Shown here: positions 8,688 to 16,258 of the stretch, piece after piece
How positions within the stretch are numbered: the stretch's first letter is position 1
How the letters are laid out: each line of letters opens with the position of its first letter
From: Agathobaculum sp.
GTDB lineage: Bacteria > Bacillota > Clostridia > Oscillospirales > Butyricicoccaceae
Direction of reading: 5' to 3'
Length of the DNA: 64,000 nucleotides
Assembly: GCF_022775115.1 (NCBI RefSeq)
Contig: NZ_JALFLA010000017.1
Span: 9,388 to 73,387, forward strand
Position numbers and translations under genes: made by a program
The notes under the pieces: model-generated
Database searches by the model: none
Told to the model about the DNA's origin: nothing
What the model saw: only the letters and a program-made list of their open reading frames with translations

Positions 8688-9467
8688 GTGCGGCGACCGG
8701 GCAAGCTGCTTGCAATGCTGCTGATCGTATGCGCCACCGTGCTCATGGCGGCCTATCCGTGGCTGACCGCCGTGCAGGTGCAAAGCCCGTTTGCGGCGGC
8801 CGCGCTGCTCGAGCGTGACCTGCGCGGGCAGAACAAGGGTGTGCTGTTCCGCAGCGCGCAGATCGACCTGCAAGCGGTGTACAGCGCGCTCGAGGCGCGC
8901 TACCCCTACGCCTTTTCGCTGCACGCTTCGTCCCGTGCGGGCGGCACGACTTTGGTGCGCGCCGAGCTGTCCCGTCCCGCGCGGCAGCGGCAGGCGCGGG
9001 AGTACGCGGCCGTGCTCGCAGCCGAGACCGTTTCCGGCGGCATGACTGACGCGCAAAAGCTGCGCGCGCTGCACGACGCGCTGGTGCGGCTGTGCGCCTA
9101 TGACAGCCGAACGGCCGCCAGTGCCGCGCCCGACGGCGCGACCGCACCCTTTGCCGCGGACGGCGCGCTGCTCGACCACAGGGCCGTATGCGCGGGCTAT
9201 GGCCGTGCCTTTGGTATGCTGTGCGAAGCCGTCGGACTGCGCACGGTCTACATCGCCTCGGAGGAGATGAACCACGGCTGGAATGCGGTGCGGCTGGACG
9301 GGCAGACCTATTACATCGACTGCACTTTTGACGATCCCGTGCCCGACCGGGGCGAATATGTGTCCGACCGGTATTTTCTGCTGACTGCTGAGCAATTGTC
9401 CGCCACACATCTGTGGGATAAAGCATTTTACGAACAGGCGCTTGACAGCCTATACGCGGAAAAATAA
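8688..9467 (+). CDS. exported transglutaminase-like (Cys-His-Asp) domain protein
   Basis: Signal/TM N-terminus; AVCAGYGRAF, NHGWNAVRLDG, IDCTFDDP motifs. Confidence 0.85.
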   Translation: MRRPGKLLAMLLIVCATVLMAAYPWLTAVQVQSPFAAAALLERDLRGQNKGVLFRSAQIDLQAVYSALEARYPYAFSLHASSRAGGTTLVRAELSRPARQRQAREYAAVLAAETVSGGMTDAQKLRALHDALVRLCAYDSRTAASAAPDGATAPFAADGALLDHRAVCAGYGRAFGMLCEAVGLRTVYIASEEMNHGWNAVRLDGQTYYIDCTFDDPVPDRGEYVSDRYFLLTAEQLSATHLWDKAFYEQALDSLYAEK

Positions 9468-9491
9468 CGGGGATAAAAATGAAAAAGGCGC

Positions 9492-9520
9492 TTGACAACC
9501 GAAGAAAATCGTATTATAAT
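9492..9520 (+). promoter_or_regulatory. consensus sigma-A promoter of the tRNA operon
   Basis: TTGACA (9492-9497), 17 bp, TATAAT (9515-9520). Confidence 0.85.
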
Positions 9521-9562
9521 ATTTATCGTCGCCAGCGAACGGGCGACAGAGGGAAAGTATAT

Positions 9563-9639
9563 GGCGGTATAGCTTAGTTGGCTAGAGCGTCCGGTTCATA
9601 CCCGGAAGGTCATTGGTTCAAGTCCAATTACCGCTACCA
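9563..9639 (+). tRNA. tRNA-Met (CAT), elongator type
   Basis: Cloverleaf; anticodon arm TCCGG-TTCATAC-CCGGA; G1-T72 paired; encoded CCA. Confidence 0.93.
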
Positions 9640-9649
9640 TTTCCCCCTT

Positions 9650-9724
9650 GGCCCGTTGGTCAAGCGGTCAAGACACCGCCCTTTCACGGCGGTAACGGGG
9701 GTTCGATTCCCCCACGGGTCACCA
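9650..9724 (+). tRNA. tRNA-Glu (TTC)
   Basis: Cloverleaf; anticodon loop CTTTCAC; GGTTCGATTCC T-arm; CCA. Confidence 0.95.
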
Positions 9725-9727
9725 TAC

Positions 9728-9803
9728 GGAAGTTTAGCTCAGCTGGGAGAGCATCTGCCTTACAAGCAGAGGGTCAGCGGTTCGAGCCCGTTAACTTCCA
9801 CCA
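9728..9803 (+). tRNA. tRNA-Val (TAC)
   Basis: Cloverleaf; anticodon loop CTTACAA; CCA. Confidence 0.95.
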
Positions 9804-9807
9804 ACAA

Positions 9808-9850
9808 TTATCCCGCAGAGACAGATGTTTCTGCGGGATAATTTATTTTT
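9808..9850. terminator. intrinsic terminator between the tRNA operon and the convergent azoreductase gene
   Basis: TTATCCCGCAGAGAC / GTTTCTGCGGGATAA stem followed by a T-rich tail. Confidence 0.8.
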
Positions 9851-9877
9851 CAGCGCGGCAGATGCCCTTAACGCGGC

Positions 9878-10474
9878 TCAGAAGGTCTGCGCCAGCGCGC
9901 GGGCGCGCGTCTCGGCCTCGGTCATCAGGGCGTCCACATCCGCGCCGGCGATGTCCAGTCCCTCGGCCACCACTGTGTCCAGCTGCGTGATGCCGAGCAG
10001 GCGCATGATCGAGCCGAGAAAGGCTGAGGCGTGATCGTCCGCGCGGGCAGGGCCGGCCGAGTAAATGCCGCCGCGCGTCGAAAAGAATACGGCGCGCCCG
10101 GCGCGGCAGTAGCCTTCGGGTCGTCCGTCAGCCGCGTAGCCAAAGGTCAGCCCGGTGACACAGATGTGCTCCAGATAGGCGTGCAGCGCAGCGGGAAAGG
10201 TCCCTTCCCAAAAGGGTGCGGCAAACACAACGAGGTCGGCCGCGCGAAACTGGCGCGCAAGCGCAAAGCAGGGCTGCTGCCAGTCACCCATGGCTGCGTC
10301 ACGCGCGGCCAGCGTGTCGCCAAACAGCGGGGCCGGGCGCAGGATGTTGAGGTCGACTGTGTCAACACGCGCCTGAGGGCAGCGGGTACGCAGCGCGTCC
10401 AGAAAGGCGGTGGCAAGACGGCGGGTGCGCGAGACCGTGCCGCGTACACAGCCGTCCACAAAAAGAATCTGCAT
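9878..10474 (-). CDS. FMN-dependent NAD(P)H azoreductase/quinone reductase (flavodoxin-fold 2)
   Basis: ILFVDGCVRGTVSRT, ADLVVFAAPFWEGTFPAALHAYLE, FSTRGGIY motifs. Confidence 0.85.
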   Translation of the reverse strand: MQILFVDGCVRGTVSRTRRLATAFLDALRTRCPQARVDTVDLNILRPAPLFGDTLAARDAAMGDWQQPCFALARQFRAADLVVFAAPFWEGTFPAALHAYLEHICVTGLTFGYAADGRPEGYCRAGRAVFFSTRGGIYSAGPARADDHASAFLGSIMRLLGITQLDTVVAEGLDIAGADVDALMTEAETRARALAQTF

Positions 10475-10677
10475 GAAAAACACTCCTTTGAATGATTTTG
10501 GAAGAAACGATGGCTTACACGAGCAATTCGATGCGCTTGATACCCGGAGGCTATTATACCACAGCGGTGAGCATTTATTGCGTCAAAGCGCTTGTCCATG
10601 TGCCGCTGGTGATATAATTATAAAATAATTGGTATAATGGCCGTCTCGCGGCTATTGTACCACAATGGAAGACGGTT

Positions 10678-10938
10678 GTGAAGCAAAAGCATTGGCTTGG
10701 TGCCATGGTTATAGTTTGTATCATAGCCGTCTTGTGGTTTATGATAGCAGCGAGCGCCATATCTCGCCGCGCAATCGCACGAGGGACTTCGGATACTATG
10801 TTCTGCTATCCTTCATCTTTTTTATTCACTTGTCCAATATATGTTGCAATCCTGCACAAAAAAGAAAAAGTCAGACGTAGAATCGCTTTACAAACCGCGA
10901 CAACTGTGTTATACTATAAACCGTACCCGCGCCCGTAG
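10678..10938 (+). CDS. tentative small AT-rich membrane protein
   Basis: Two hydrophobic segments and an upstream extended -10 (TGaTATAAT); however the ORF runs over the tRNA-Arg promoter, so the end or the whole ORF is doubtful. Confidence 0.3.
   Translation: MKQKHWLGAMVIVCIIAVLWFMIAASAISRRAIARGTSDTMFCYPSSFLFTCPIYVAILHKKEKVRRRIALQTATTVLYYKPYPRP
10887..10915 (+). promoter_or_regulatory. sigma-A promoter of tRNA-Arg
   Basis: TTTACA, 17 bp, TATACT. Confidence 0.7.
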
Positions 10939-11130
10939 CTCAGTTGGATAGAGCGTCAGACTCCGACTCTGAAGGCCGCCGGTTCGAATCCAGTCGGGCG
11001 TACCAAGCCGGAGCAAGTGATAGTACACTTGCTTCGGCTTTTTTGCATAAAAAAGCGCCTGTTTCATAATGGATAAAATGCGCAACAGAATAATTGCGCA
11101 AATCAAAAGCTGAAAAGCTTTTTTCCGCAT
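10909..11130 (-). CDS. candidate type I toxin-like hydrophobic peptide (C-terminal part doubtful)
   Basis: GGAGGT SD 7 nt before ATG; MRKKAFQLLICAIILLRILSI; upstream TTGACG-18-TGgTATAAT promoter; anti-SD sequence in the 5' UTR. Confidence 0.45.
   Translation of the reverse strand: MRKKAFQLLICAIILLRILSIMKQALFYAKKPKQVYYHLLRLGTPDWIRTGGLQSRSLTLYPTELRARVRFIV
10929..11005 (+). tRNA. tRNA-Arg (CCG)
   Basis: Cloverleaf; anticodon arm TCAGA-CTCCGAC-TCTGA; CCA. Confidence 0.93.
11005..11044 (+). terminator. intrinsic terminator of tRNA-Arg
   Basis: AAGCCGGAGCAAGTG / CACTTGCTTCGGCTT stem plus T-run. Confidence 0.85.
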
Positions 11131-11387
11131 TCGCCCCACCTCCCTCCGCGCGAGACGAACGGGAGACAAGTGAGCTTGACCGCCAATATGTAACAGCGTC
11201 CACAGGTATTATACCATCGCGCGACGCAGTGCGTCAAATTTTGCCGCCCTTCGGGGCGGCTTCTGCTTTGTCCAGCCTGCCGTGCACCGGCCGTCGTTTT
11301 CACCCGATACCCGGCCGCCGCATAGCATGGATTGACCGCGCATCTACCCGGTGCGCGCCGTCAAATCCATAAGTGAGGGCTGAGACC

Positions 11388-11633
11388 ATGGAGGATACAA
11401 AATTTTTCGCGCTGACCGACCTGCCCGAAGGCGGACAGGCGCGTGTACACGCGCTGCACCTCTCCGGCGGGATGCGGCGGCGCCTGCAAGACCTCGGGCT
11501 GGTGACCGGCACGCGCGTGACCTGCTTGCAGCGCGCCGCTGCGGGTGACCCGACCGCCTACCTGATTCGGGGCGCGGTGATCGCGCTGCGCGCGGATGAC
11601 GCGGCACAGGTCGAGCTGGGGGTGCTTGCATGA
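11388..11633 (+). CDS. feoA: ferrous iron transport protein A
   Basis: RRRLQDLGLVTG, GDPTAYLIRGAVIALR; overlaps the feoB start. Confidence 0.93.
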   Translation: MEDTKFFALTDLPEGGQARVHALHLSGGMRRRLQDLGLVTGTRVTCLQRAAAGDPTAYLIRGAVIALRADDAAQVELGVLA

Positions 11634-13573
11634 CGCGCACGACCCGCACGCCGGTAGCCGCGCTGGCGGGCAATCCCAACGTGGGCAAATCGACCGTGTT
11701 TAACGCGCTGACCGGCAGCCGCCAGCACACAGGCAACTGGGCGGGCAAGACTGTCGCGGATGCCCACGGCACGCTGCGGTGCGGTGACCGGCAGCTGACG
11801 CTGGTTGACCTGCCGGGTACTTATTCACTGCGCGCCCGCTCACAGGAGGAGGCCGCCGCGCGCGATTTTCTGCAATCGGGCGAAGCCGATGTGACTGTGC
11901 TTGTCGCGGACGCGACCTGCCTTGAGCGCAACCTGATTCTTGTGCTGCAGGTGCTTGAGGTGACGCCCAACGTCGTTCTATGTCTGAATCTGATGGACGA
12001 AGCGCGCAAAAAGCACATCCAGATCGACGTAAATGCGCTCAAAGCCGAGCTTGGCATCCCGGTCATTCCCTGCGCCGCGCGCCGGGGGGATGGCCTGCCG
12101 CAGCTGACCCGTGCGGTGTGCCGCGCCGCCGACACAGGCGCGCCGACACAGGTCGCGTCCATCCGCTATCCCGCCGTGCTGGAGCAGGCCGCTGCGCAAA
12201 GCCCGCTGCCCCGTGCTGCCGCGTTGGACGCGCTGCGCCGTACCCCGCCCGAGGGCATGACCGCCGAGCAGGTGGACGATATGCTGACCGCCTCCGCCGC
12301 GCTGCGCGCCGAGGAGATCGCGATGACCTGTGTGCGCACGGGCGAGGATGCGTGCCGCCGCGATCGCCTGCTTGACCGTGTGCTGCTCAGCCGCCGTTTC
12401 GGCCTGCCGCTCATGCTTTTGCTGCTCGCGCTGGTGTTTTACATCACGCTCTTTGGCGCAAACGTGCCAAGCCAGTGGCTCAGTGGGCATTTGCTCGGCC
12501 TGACCGCGCCGCTTGCCGCGCGGCTGAGTGCGCTCGGCCTGCCGCAGCCGCTCGTTTCGCTTGTGGCCGACGGCATATGGCGCGTGACGGCCACGGTCGT
12601 TTCGGTCATGCTGCCGCCGATGGCCATTTTCTTCCCGCTGTTTACGCTGCTCGAGGACGCGGGCTACCTGCCGCGTGTGGCGTTTCAGCTAGACCACGCC
12701 TTCCACCGTGCGCACGCCTGCGGTAAACAAAGCCTTTCGATGTGTATGGGATTTGGGTGTAACGCCTGCGGTGTGACCGGCTGCCGCATCATTGACTCGC
12801 CGCGTGAGCGGTTGATCGCTATGCTGACCAACTCGTTTGCGCCGTGCAATGGCCGGTTTCCGCTGCTGATTTTTCTGTGCGCGGTGTTTTTCGCGGGCAG
12901 CGCGGCGGGCGGTGCGCTGCTGCTGACCGCCGTGATCGCGGGCAGCGTGGCGCTGACGCTTGCGGCCTCGCGGCTGCTGTCGGCCACGGTGCTGCGGGGT
13001 GTGCCGTCCTCGTTCACGCTGGAGCTGCCGCCCTACCGTGCGCCGCAGGTCGGCCGGGTGATCGTGCGCAGCGTGTTCGACCGGACGTTGTTCGTGCTCG
13101 GCCGCGCGGTCGCGGTGGCCGCACCCGCGGGTGCGTTGATTTGGCTGCTGGCCAATGTCAGCGTGGGCGGTACGCCGGTCTTTCAGCATTTGACCGCGCT
13201 GCTCGACCCTTTTGGTCGGCTGATCGGGCTGGACGGTGTCATCCTGCTGGCGTTTGTGCTCGGCTTTCCGGCAAACGAGCTGGTCATGCCGCTTATCGTC
13301 ATGGGTTATCTGTCTACAGGCACGTTGGCCGAGGTGAGCGACCTCTTTTCCTTTCGCGCGCTGCTGGTGCAGAACGGCTGGACGGGGGTGACCGCGCTGT
13401 GCACCCTGCTGTTCACGGTGGCGCACTGGCCATGCTCGACCACCTGCCTGACCATCTGGAAGGAGAGCCGCAGCGTCAAATGGACACTTGCGGCGGTGGC
13501 GCTGCCGGCGGCCTTTGGGCTTGCGCTGTGCTTTGCGGTGAGCACGGTGTGCCGGCTTGTGGGCATAGCATGA
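11630..13573 (+). CDS. feoB: ferrous iron transporter B
   Basis: GNPNVGKS, NWAGKTV, DLPG, NLMD G-motifs; LEDAGYLPR and GFGCN gate motifs; polytopic C-terminal domain. Confidence 0.95.
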   Translation: MTRTTRTPVAALAGNPNVGKSTVFNALTGSRQHTGNWAGKTVADAHGTLRCGDRQLTLVDLPGTYSLRARSQEEAAARDFLQSGEADVTVLVADATCLERNLILVLQVLEVTPNVVLCLNLMDEARKKHIQIDVNALKAELGIPVIPCAARRGDGLPQLTRAVCRAADTGAPTQVASIRYPAVLEQAAAQSPLPRAAALDALRRTPPEGMTAEQVDDMLTASAALRAEEIAMTCVRTGEDACRRDRLLDRVLLSRRFGLPLMLLLLALVFYITLFGANVPSQWLSGHLLGLTAPLAARLSALGLPQPLVSLVADGIWRVTATVVSVMLPPMAIFFPLFTLLEDAGYLPRVAFQLDHAFHRAHACGKQSLSMCMGFGCNACGVTGCRIIDSPRERLIAMLTNSFAPCNGRFPLLIFLCAVFFAGSAAGGALLLTAVIAGSVALTLAASRLLSATVLRGVPSSFTLELPPYRAPQVGRVIVRSVFDRTLFVLGRAVAVAAPAGALIWLLANVSVGGTPVFQHLTALLDPFGRLIGLDGVILLAFVLGFPANELVMPLIVMGYLSTGTLAEVSDLFSFRALLVQNGWTGVTALCTLLFTVAHWPCSTTCLTIWKESRSVKWTLAAVALPAAFGLALCFAVSTVCRLVGIA

Positions 13574-13575
13574 AG

Positions 13576-13606
13576 AAAGCCCGTCTGCGTAAGCAGGCGG
13601 GCTTTT
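13576..13606. terminator. bidirectional terminator between feoB and the XRE gene
   Basis: AAAGCCCGTCTGC / GCAGGCGGGCTTT stem. Confidence 0.75.
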
Positions 13607-13615
13607 GGCTTTGTC

Positions 13616-13843
13616 TCAGTCCCGAAATTCAAGCAGCTTGTACGGCTCGACCTCGAGCGCGTCGGCGATAGAAAACAGCATGTCAAGCGTTGCACCAACT
13701 GTTGCATTTTCAATTTTTGCAATCGTTGAGCGGTCAGCATCAATTGCTTCCGCCAGACTTTCTTGCGTAAATCGCCTATCCTTGCGATAGTACGCCACAT
13801 TCAGTCCGAATTTCCTATATTTATCCGAATATTTGAAATCCAC
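13616..13843 (-). CDS. XRE/Cro-family HTH transcriptional regulator
   Basis: NVAYYRKDRRFTQESLAEAIDADRSTIAKIEN HTH; GAGGTG RBS before GTG 13843. Confidence 0.85.
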   Translation of the reverse strand: MDFKYSDKYRKFGLNVAYYRKDRRFTQESLAEAIDADRSTIAKIENATVGATLDMLFSIADALEVEPYKLLEFRD

Positions 13844-13915
13844 TTCGACCACCTCACGAATAGTGTATCCGTGAAGTTTGCATATCAGAATGTATTCATA
13901 ATATCTATTTGTGTA

Positions 13916-13944
13916 TTGACAGCATATGATTCAAGATTTACAAT
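13916..13944 (+). promoter_or_regulatory. sigma-A promoter of the AbrB-like gene
   Basis: TTGACA, 17 bp, TACAAT. Confidence 0.7.
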
Positions 13945-13990
13945 TTACATATGGTAATTTTCAATATATAAAAGAGGAGTGACATTCACA

Positions 13991-14227
13991 ATGAACCGCA
14001 AACTGGACGAGTTGGGACGAATCGTTATCCCCGCCGATATCCGCGACGCGCTCGGCCTTGTACCCGGGCAGGCACTGACTGTTGGCCTTGACCTTGCACA
14101 CAAATGCATTACCCTGATTCCGCAGGGCGCGTACTGCCGGCTGTGCGGCTCCGGCGAAGGGCTGCGGCATGTCAACGGCAAGGCCATCTGCGAAAAATGC
14201 CTGCAAATCGCGCTGGCGGACATCTGA
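13991..14227 (+). CDS. AbrB/MazE/SpoVT-family regulator with a C-terminal CxxC...CxxC motif
   Basis: RKLDELGRIVIP AbrB signature; CRLC and CEKC. Confidence 0.88.
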   Translation: MNRKLDELGRIVIPADIRDALGLVPGQALTVGLDLAHKCITLIPQGAYCRLCGSGEGLRHVNGKAICEKCLQIALADI

Positions 14228-14264
14228 CAGCTTCCGCTTTTTTGTACTGTCCGCGCAAAACAGA

Positions 14265-14316
14265 ACAGGCGAGAAACCCCGTGCCATTTGGGTTGTCTCG
14301 CCTGTTTTTCTGTTTA
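14265..14316 (+). terminator. terminator after the AbrB-like gene
   Basis: AACAGGCGAGAAACCC / GGGTTGTCTCGCCTGTT stem plus T-tract. Confidence 0.7.
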
Positions 14317-14511
14317 TGCGTGCGATGATGCGGCCGGTCTTTTTGCCGCATATTCTGACTATACATGCGAAATAACCGCCCCATCGACTAAAATGAAGCG
14401 GTTATTTCTTTCAATCGTTATTGAGTTCAGTTATCTGACGGCGGCCCCCGCCTACATTTGACCGGGCTGTCATCTGATTTCCGCTCTTTTCTCCCGGCGC
14501 ACCGGCCTATA

Positions 14512-14895
14512 TTACTTGGTGGCCTGCTCCAAAGATTTTGCTACAGCGGACTTGATTCCTTCGGATGTAATCGTCGCACCGGAAACGGCGTCCACCTCAT
14601 AGGACTGCGCCTCTACGATTTTGTCCGGAAGCTGCGCGATGGCAACGCCGCCCTTATCCATGTCTTCCTGATTGTCTCCGACGGTGACGCTGGCGATATT
14701 GCCGTCCTGAATAACGACCGTTACCTCAAAATCGCCATTCTTGCCCGTTGCTGTTTCCGTATAGGTGCCGTCAGTCCAGCCCGTGGCTTCGCCGGCTGCG
14801 GAATCGGTTTTACCGTCCGCACCGGAAGCGCCGCATCCGGCCAGAGCCAACAGGCAGCAAGCTGCACATGTAGACGCAAAAATTCGTTTCTTCAT
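14512..14895 (-). CDS. FMN-binding-domain lipoprotein
   Basis: Lipobox LALAGC; DGTYTETATG; flavinylation motif VDAVSGATITS. Confidence 0.88.
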   Translation of the reverse strand: MKKRIFASTCAACCLLALAGCGASGADGKTDSAAGEATGWTDGTYTETATGKNGDFEVTVVIQDGNIASVTVGDNQEDMDKGGVAIAQLPDKIVEAQSYEVDAVSGATITSEGIKSAVAKSLEQATK

Positions 14896-15114
14896 TTTTC
14901 TCTCCTCCGTTTGACCCGGTTCAGCCGCCCCTGTTGGATCGTCCCAGCTGTTCAAGCCACATATGGATTGCAGCTCTGAGGGGATATCCACGCGGATGCA
15001 GCTTTCACATAGTTTTTTCGTTCGCGCTTGGGGGTGGACACGCCGTCAGCATCCGCCATGGCGATTGATGCACACCTTCCCGATCTTTGCGCTTTTTTGC
15101 GATTTTACAGAAGT

Positions 15115-15143
15115 ATTATAAACCGCGGCACATCGGCTGTCAA
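15115..15143 (-). promoter_or_regulatory. consensus sigma-A promoter driving the FMN-binding lipoprotein through a ~210-nt leader
   Basis: Minus-strand TTGACA (plus 15138-15143), 17 bp, TATAAT (plus 15115-15120). Confidence 0.75.
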
Positions 15144-15230
15144 GAACTACCTTTTTGGTCTGATATACGGCGCTGTGGATGACAGTACCGATTGGACAAG
15201 CGAAAAGGATGCCGGGTACAGTCTCGTTGG

Positions 15231-16214
15231 TCAAAGCACAGCGGTGGGGCGGCGGCTGTGGGCGACAAAGGCGCTCCAATCGCCCCCGCGCAGGTGCGCC
15301 TGCACGGAAAAGCCGTTTTGCTCGAGCGCGGCACGCACCTCGTCCGCGCGTTCGTTGAGAATGCCCGAGCAGATCAGCGTGCCGCCCGGCACGAGCTTTT
15401 CGGCAAACAGCGCGGCCATGCCGATGATGACATCGGCCACAATGTTGGCCACGATGACGTCATACCCGCCGCCGATCTCGCGGGCGAGCGCCGGGCTGCG
15501 CTGCGCATCGCCGCACAGGCTGCGGCCGATCACAACGCCGTTTTTCGCCGCGTTTTCCTGCGCGGTTTGCAGGCAGTTTTGGTCGATATCGACCACCGCC
15601 TCGACCTGCGCGCCCAGCATGGCCGCCGCGATCGCCAGAATGCCCGAGCCGGTGCCCATGTCAAGCAGGCGCTCGCCGCCGCGCACGGTATCCTCAAGCG
15701 CGGCGATGCAAAGCTGGGTGGTGTCGTGGCTGCCTGTGCCAAAGCTTGAGGCCGGGTCGATTTCGAGTATCCGCCGCCCCTGTGCGTCCTCAACCGTCTC
15801 CCACGAGGGCTTGATGAGAAACGTCCGCCCGACCGGAAAGGGCTTGAAGTACTGCTTCCAGCCCCACTCCCAGTCCTGCTGGCGGGTGGTCGCGGTGTCG
15901 GTCGCAAGGCGGCCCCAGCGTCCATCCGTGTCCTGCGCGCGCAGCTCGTCCAGCGCCGCGCGGATGGCCGCAAGCTGCGCCGCGCCCGCCTCGTCGTCGG
16001 ACAGGTAGATCTTCAGGCAGGTTTCCTGCGCGCGCTTTTCGCGCACCAGATCTTCATCCACATAGTCCCAGTATATCTCGGTATCCTTGAGAAATTCCTC
16101 AAAATCCGCAGCGTCCTCCAGCACATAGCCCTCTACGCCGTTCTCCTCCAGCGCCGCCGCGACCGGCTCGATGCCCGCGGTGGTCGTGTAGATCGTGATC
16201 TCTTTCCAGTCCAA
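15231..16214 (-). CDS. prmA: ribosomal protein L11 methyltransferase
   Basis: DWEWGWKQYFKP, IDPASSFGTGSHDTT, LDMGTGSGIL, ANIVADVI; TTG start after GGAAGGAG. Confidence 0.93.
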   Translation of the reverse strand: MDWKEITIYTTTAGIEPVAAALEENGVEGYVLEDAADFEEFLKDTEIYWDYVDEDLVREKRAQETCLKIYLSDDEAGAAQLAAIRAALDELRAQDTDGRWGRLATDTATTRQQDWEWGWKQYFKPFPVGRTFLIKPSWETVEDAQGRRILEIDPASSFGTGSHDTTQLCIAALEDTVRGGERLLDMGTGSGILAIAAAMLGAQVEAVVDIDQNCLQTAQENAAKNGVVIGRSLCGDAQRSPALAREIGGGYDVIVANIVADVIIGMAALFAEKLVPGGTLICSGILNERADEVRAALEQNGFSVQAHLRGGDWSAFVAHSRRPTAVL

Positions 16215-16258
16215 AATGGTGCTCCTTCCTTGCGCCGCAGGATGCGGCTTTTCATGCA

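Noticed and set aside
9578-9990. ORFs overlapping the tRNA cluster
   Set aside because: Translations of tRNA genes
11079-11100. TGCGCAA-N8-TTGCGCA palindrome as an operator for feoAB
   Set aside because: About 290 bp upstream of feoA with a terminator-like hairpin in between; better explained as RNA structure within the TA-like locus
10929-14900. Integrative element or prophage at tRNA-Arg
   Set aside because: No integrase, no duplicated tRNA 3' end seen, no phage or conjugation genes; feoAB have host-like composition
14512-14991. Longer 159-aa start for the FMN-binding protein
   Set aside because: The GGAGGAG RBS and a canonical lipoprotein signal begin at ATG 14895
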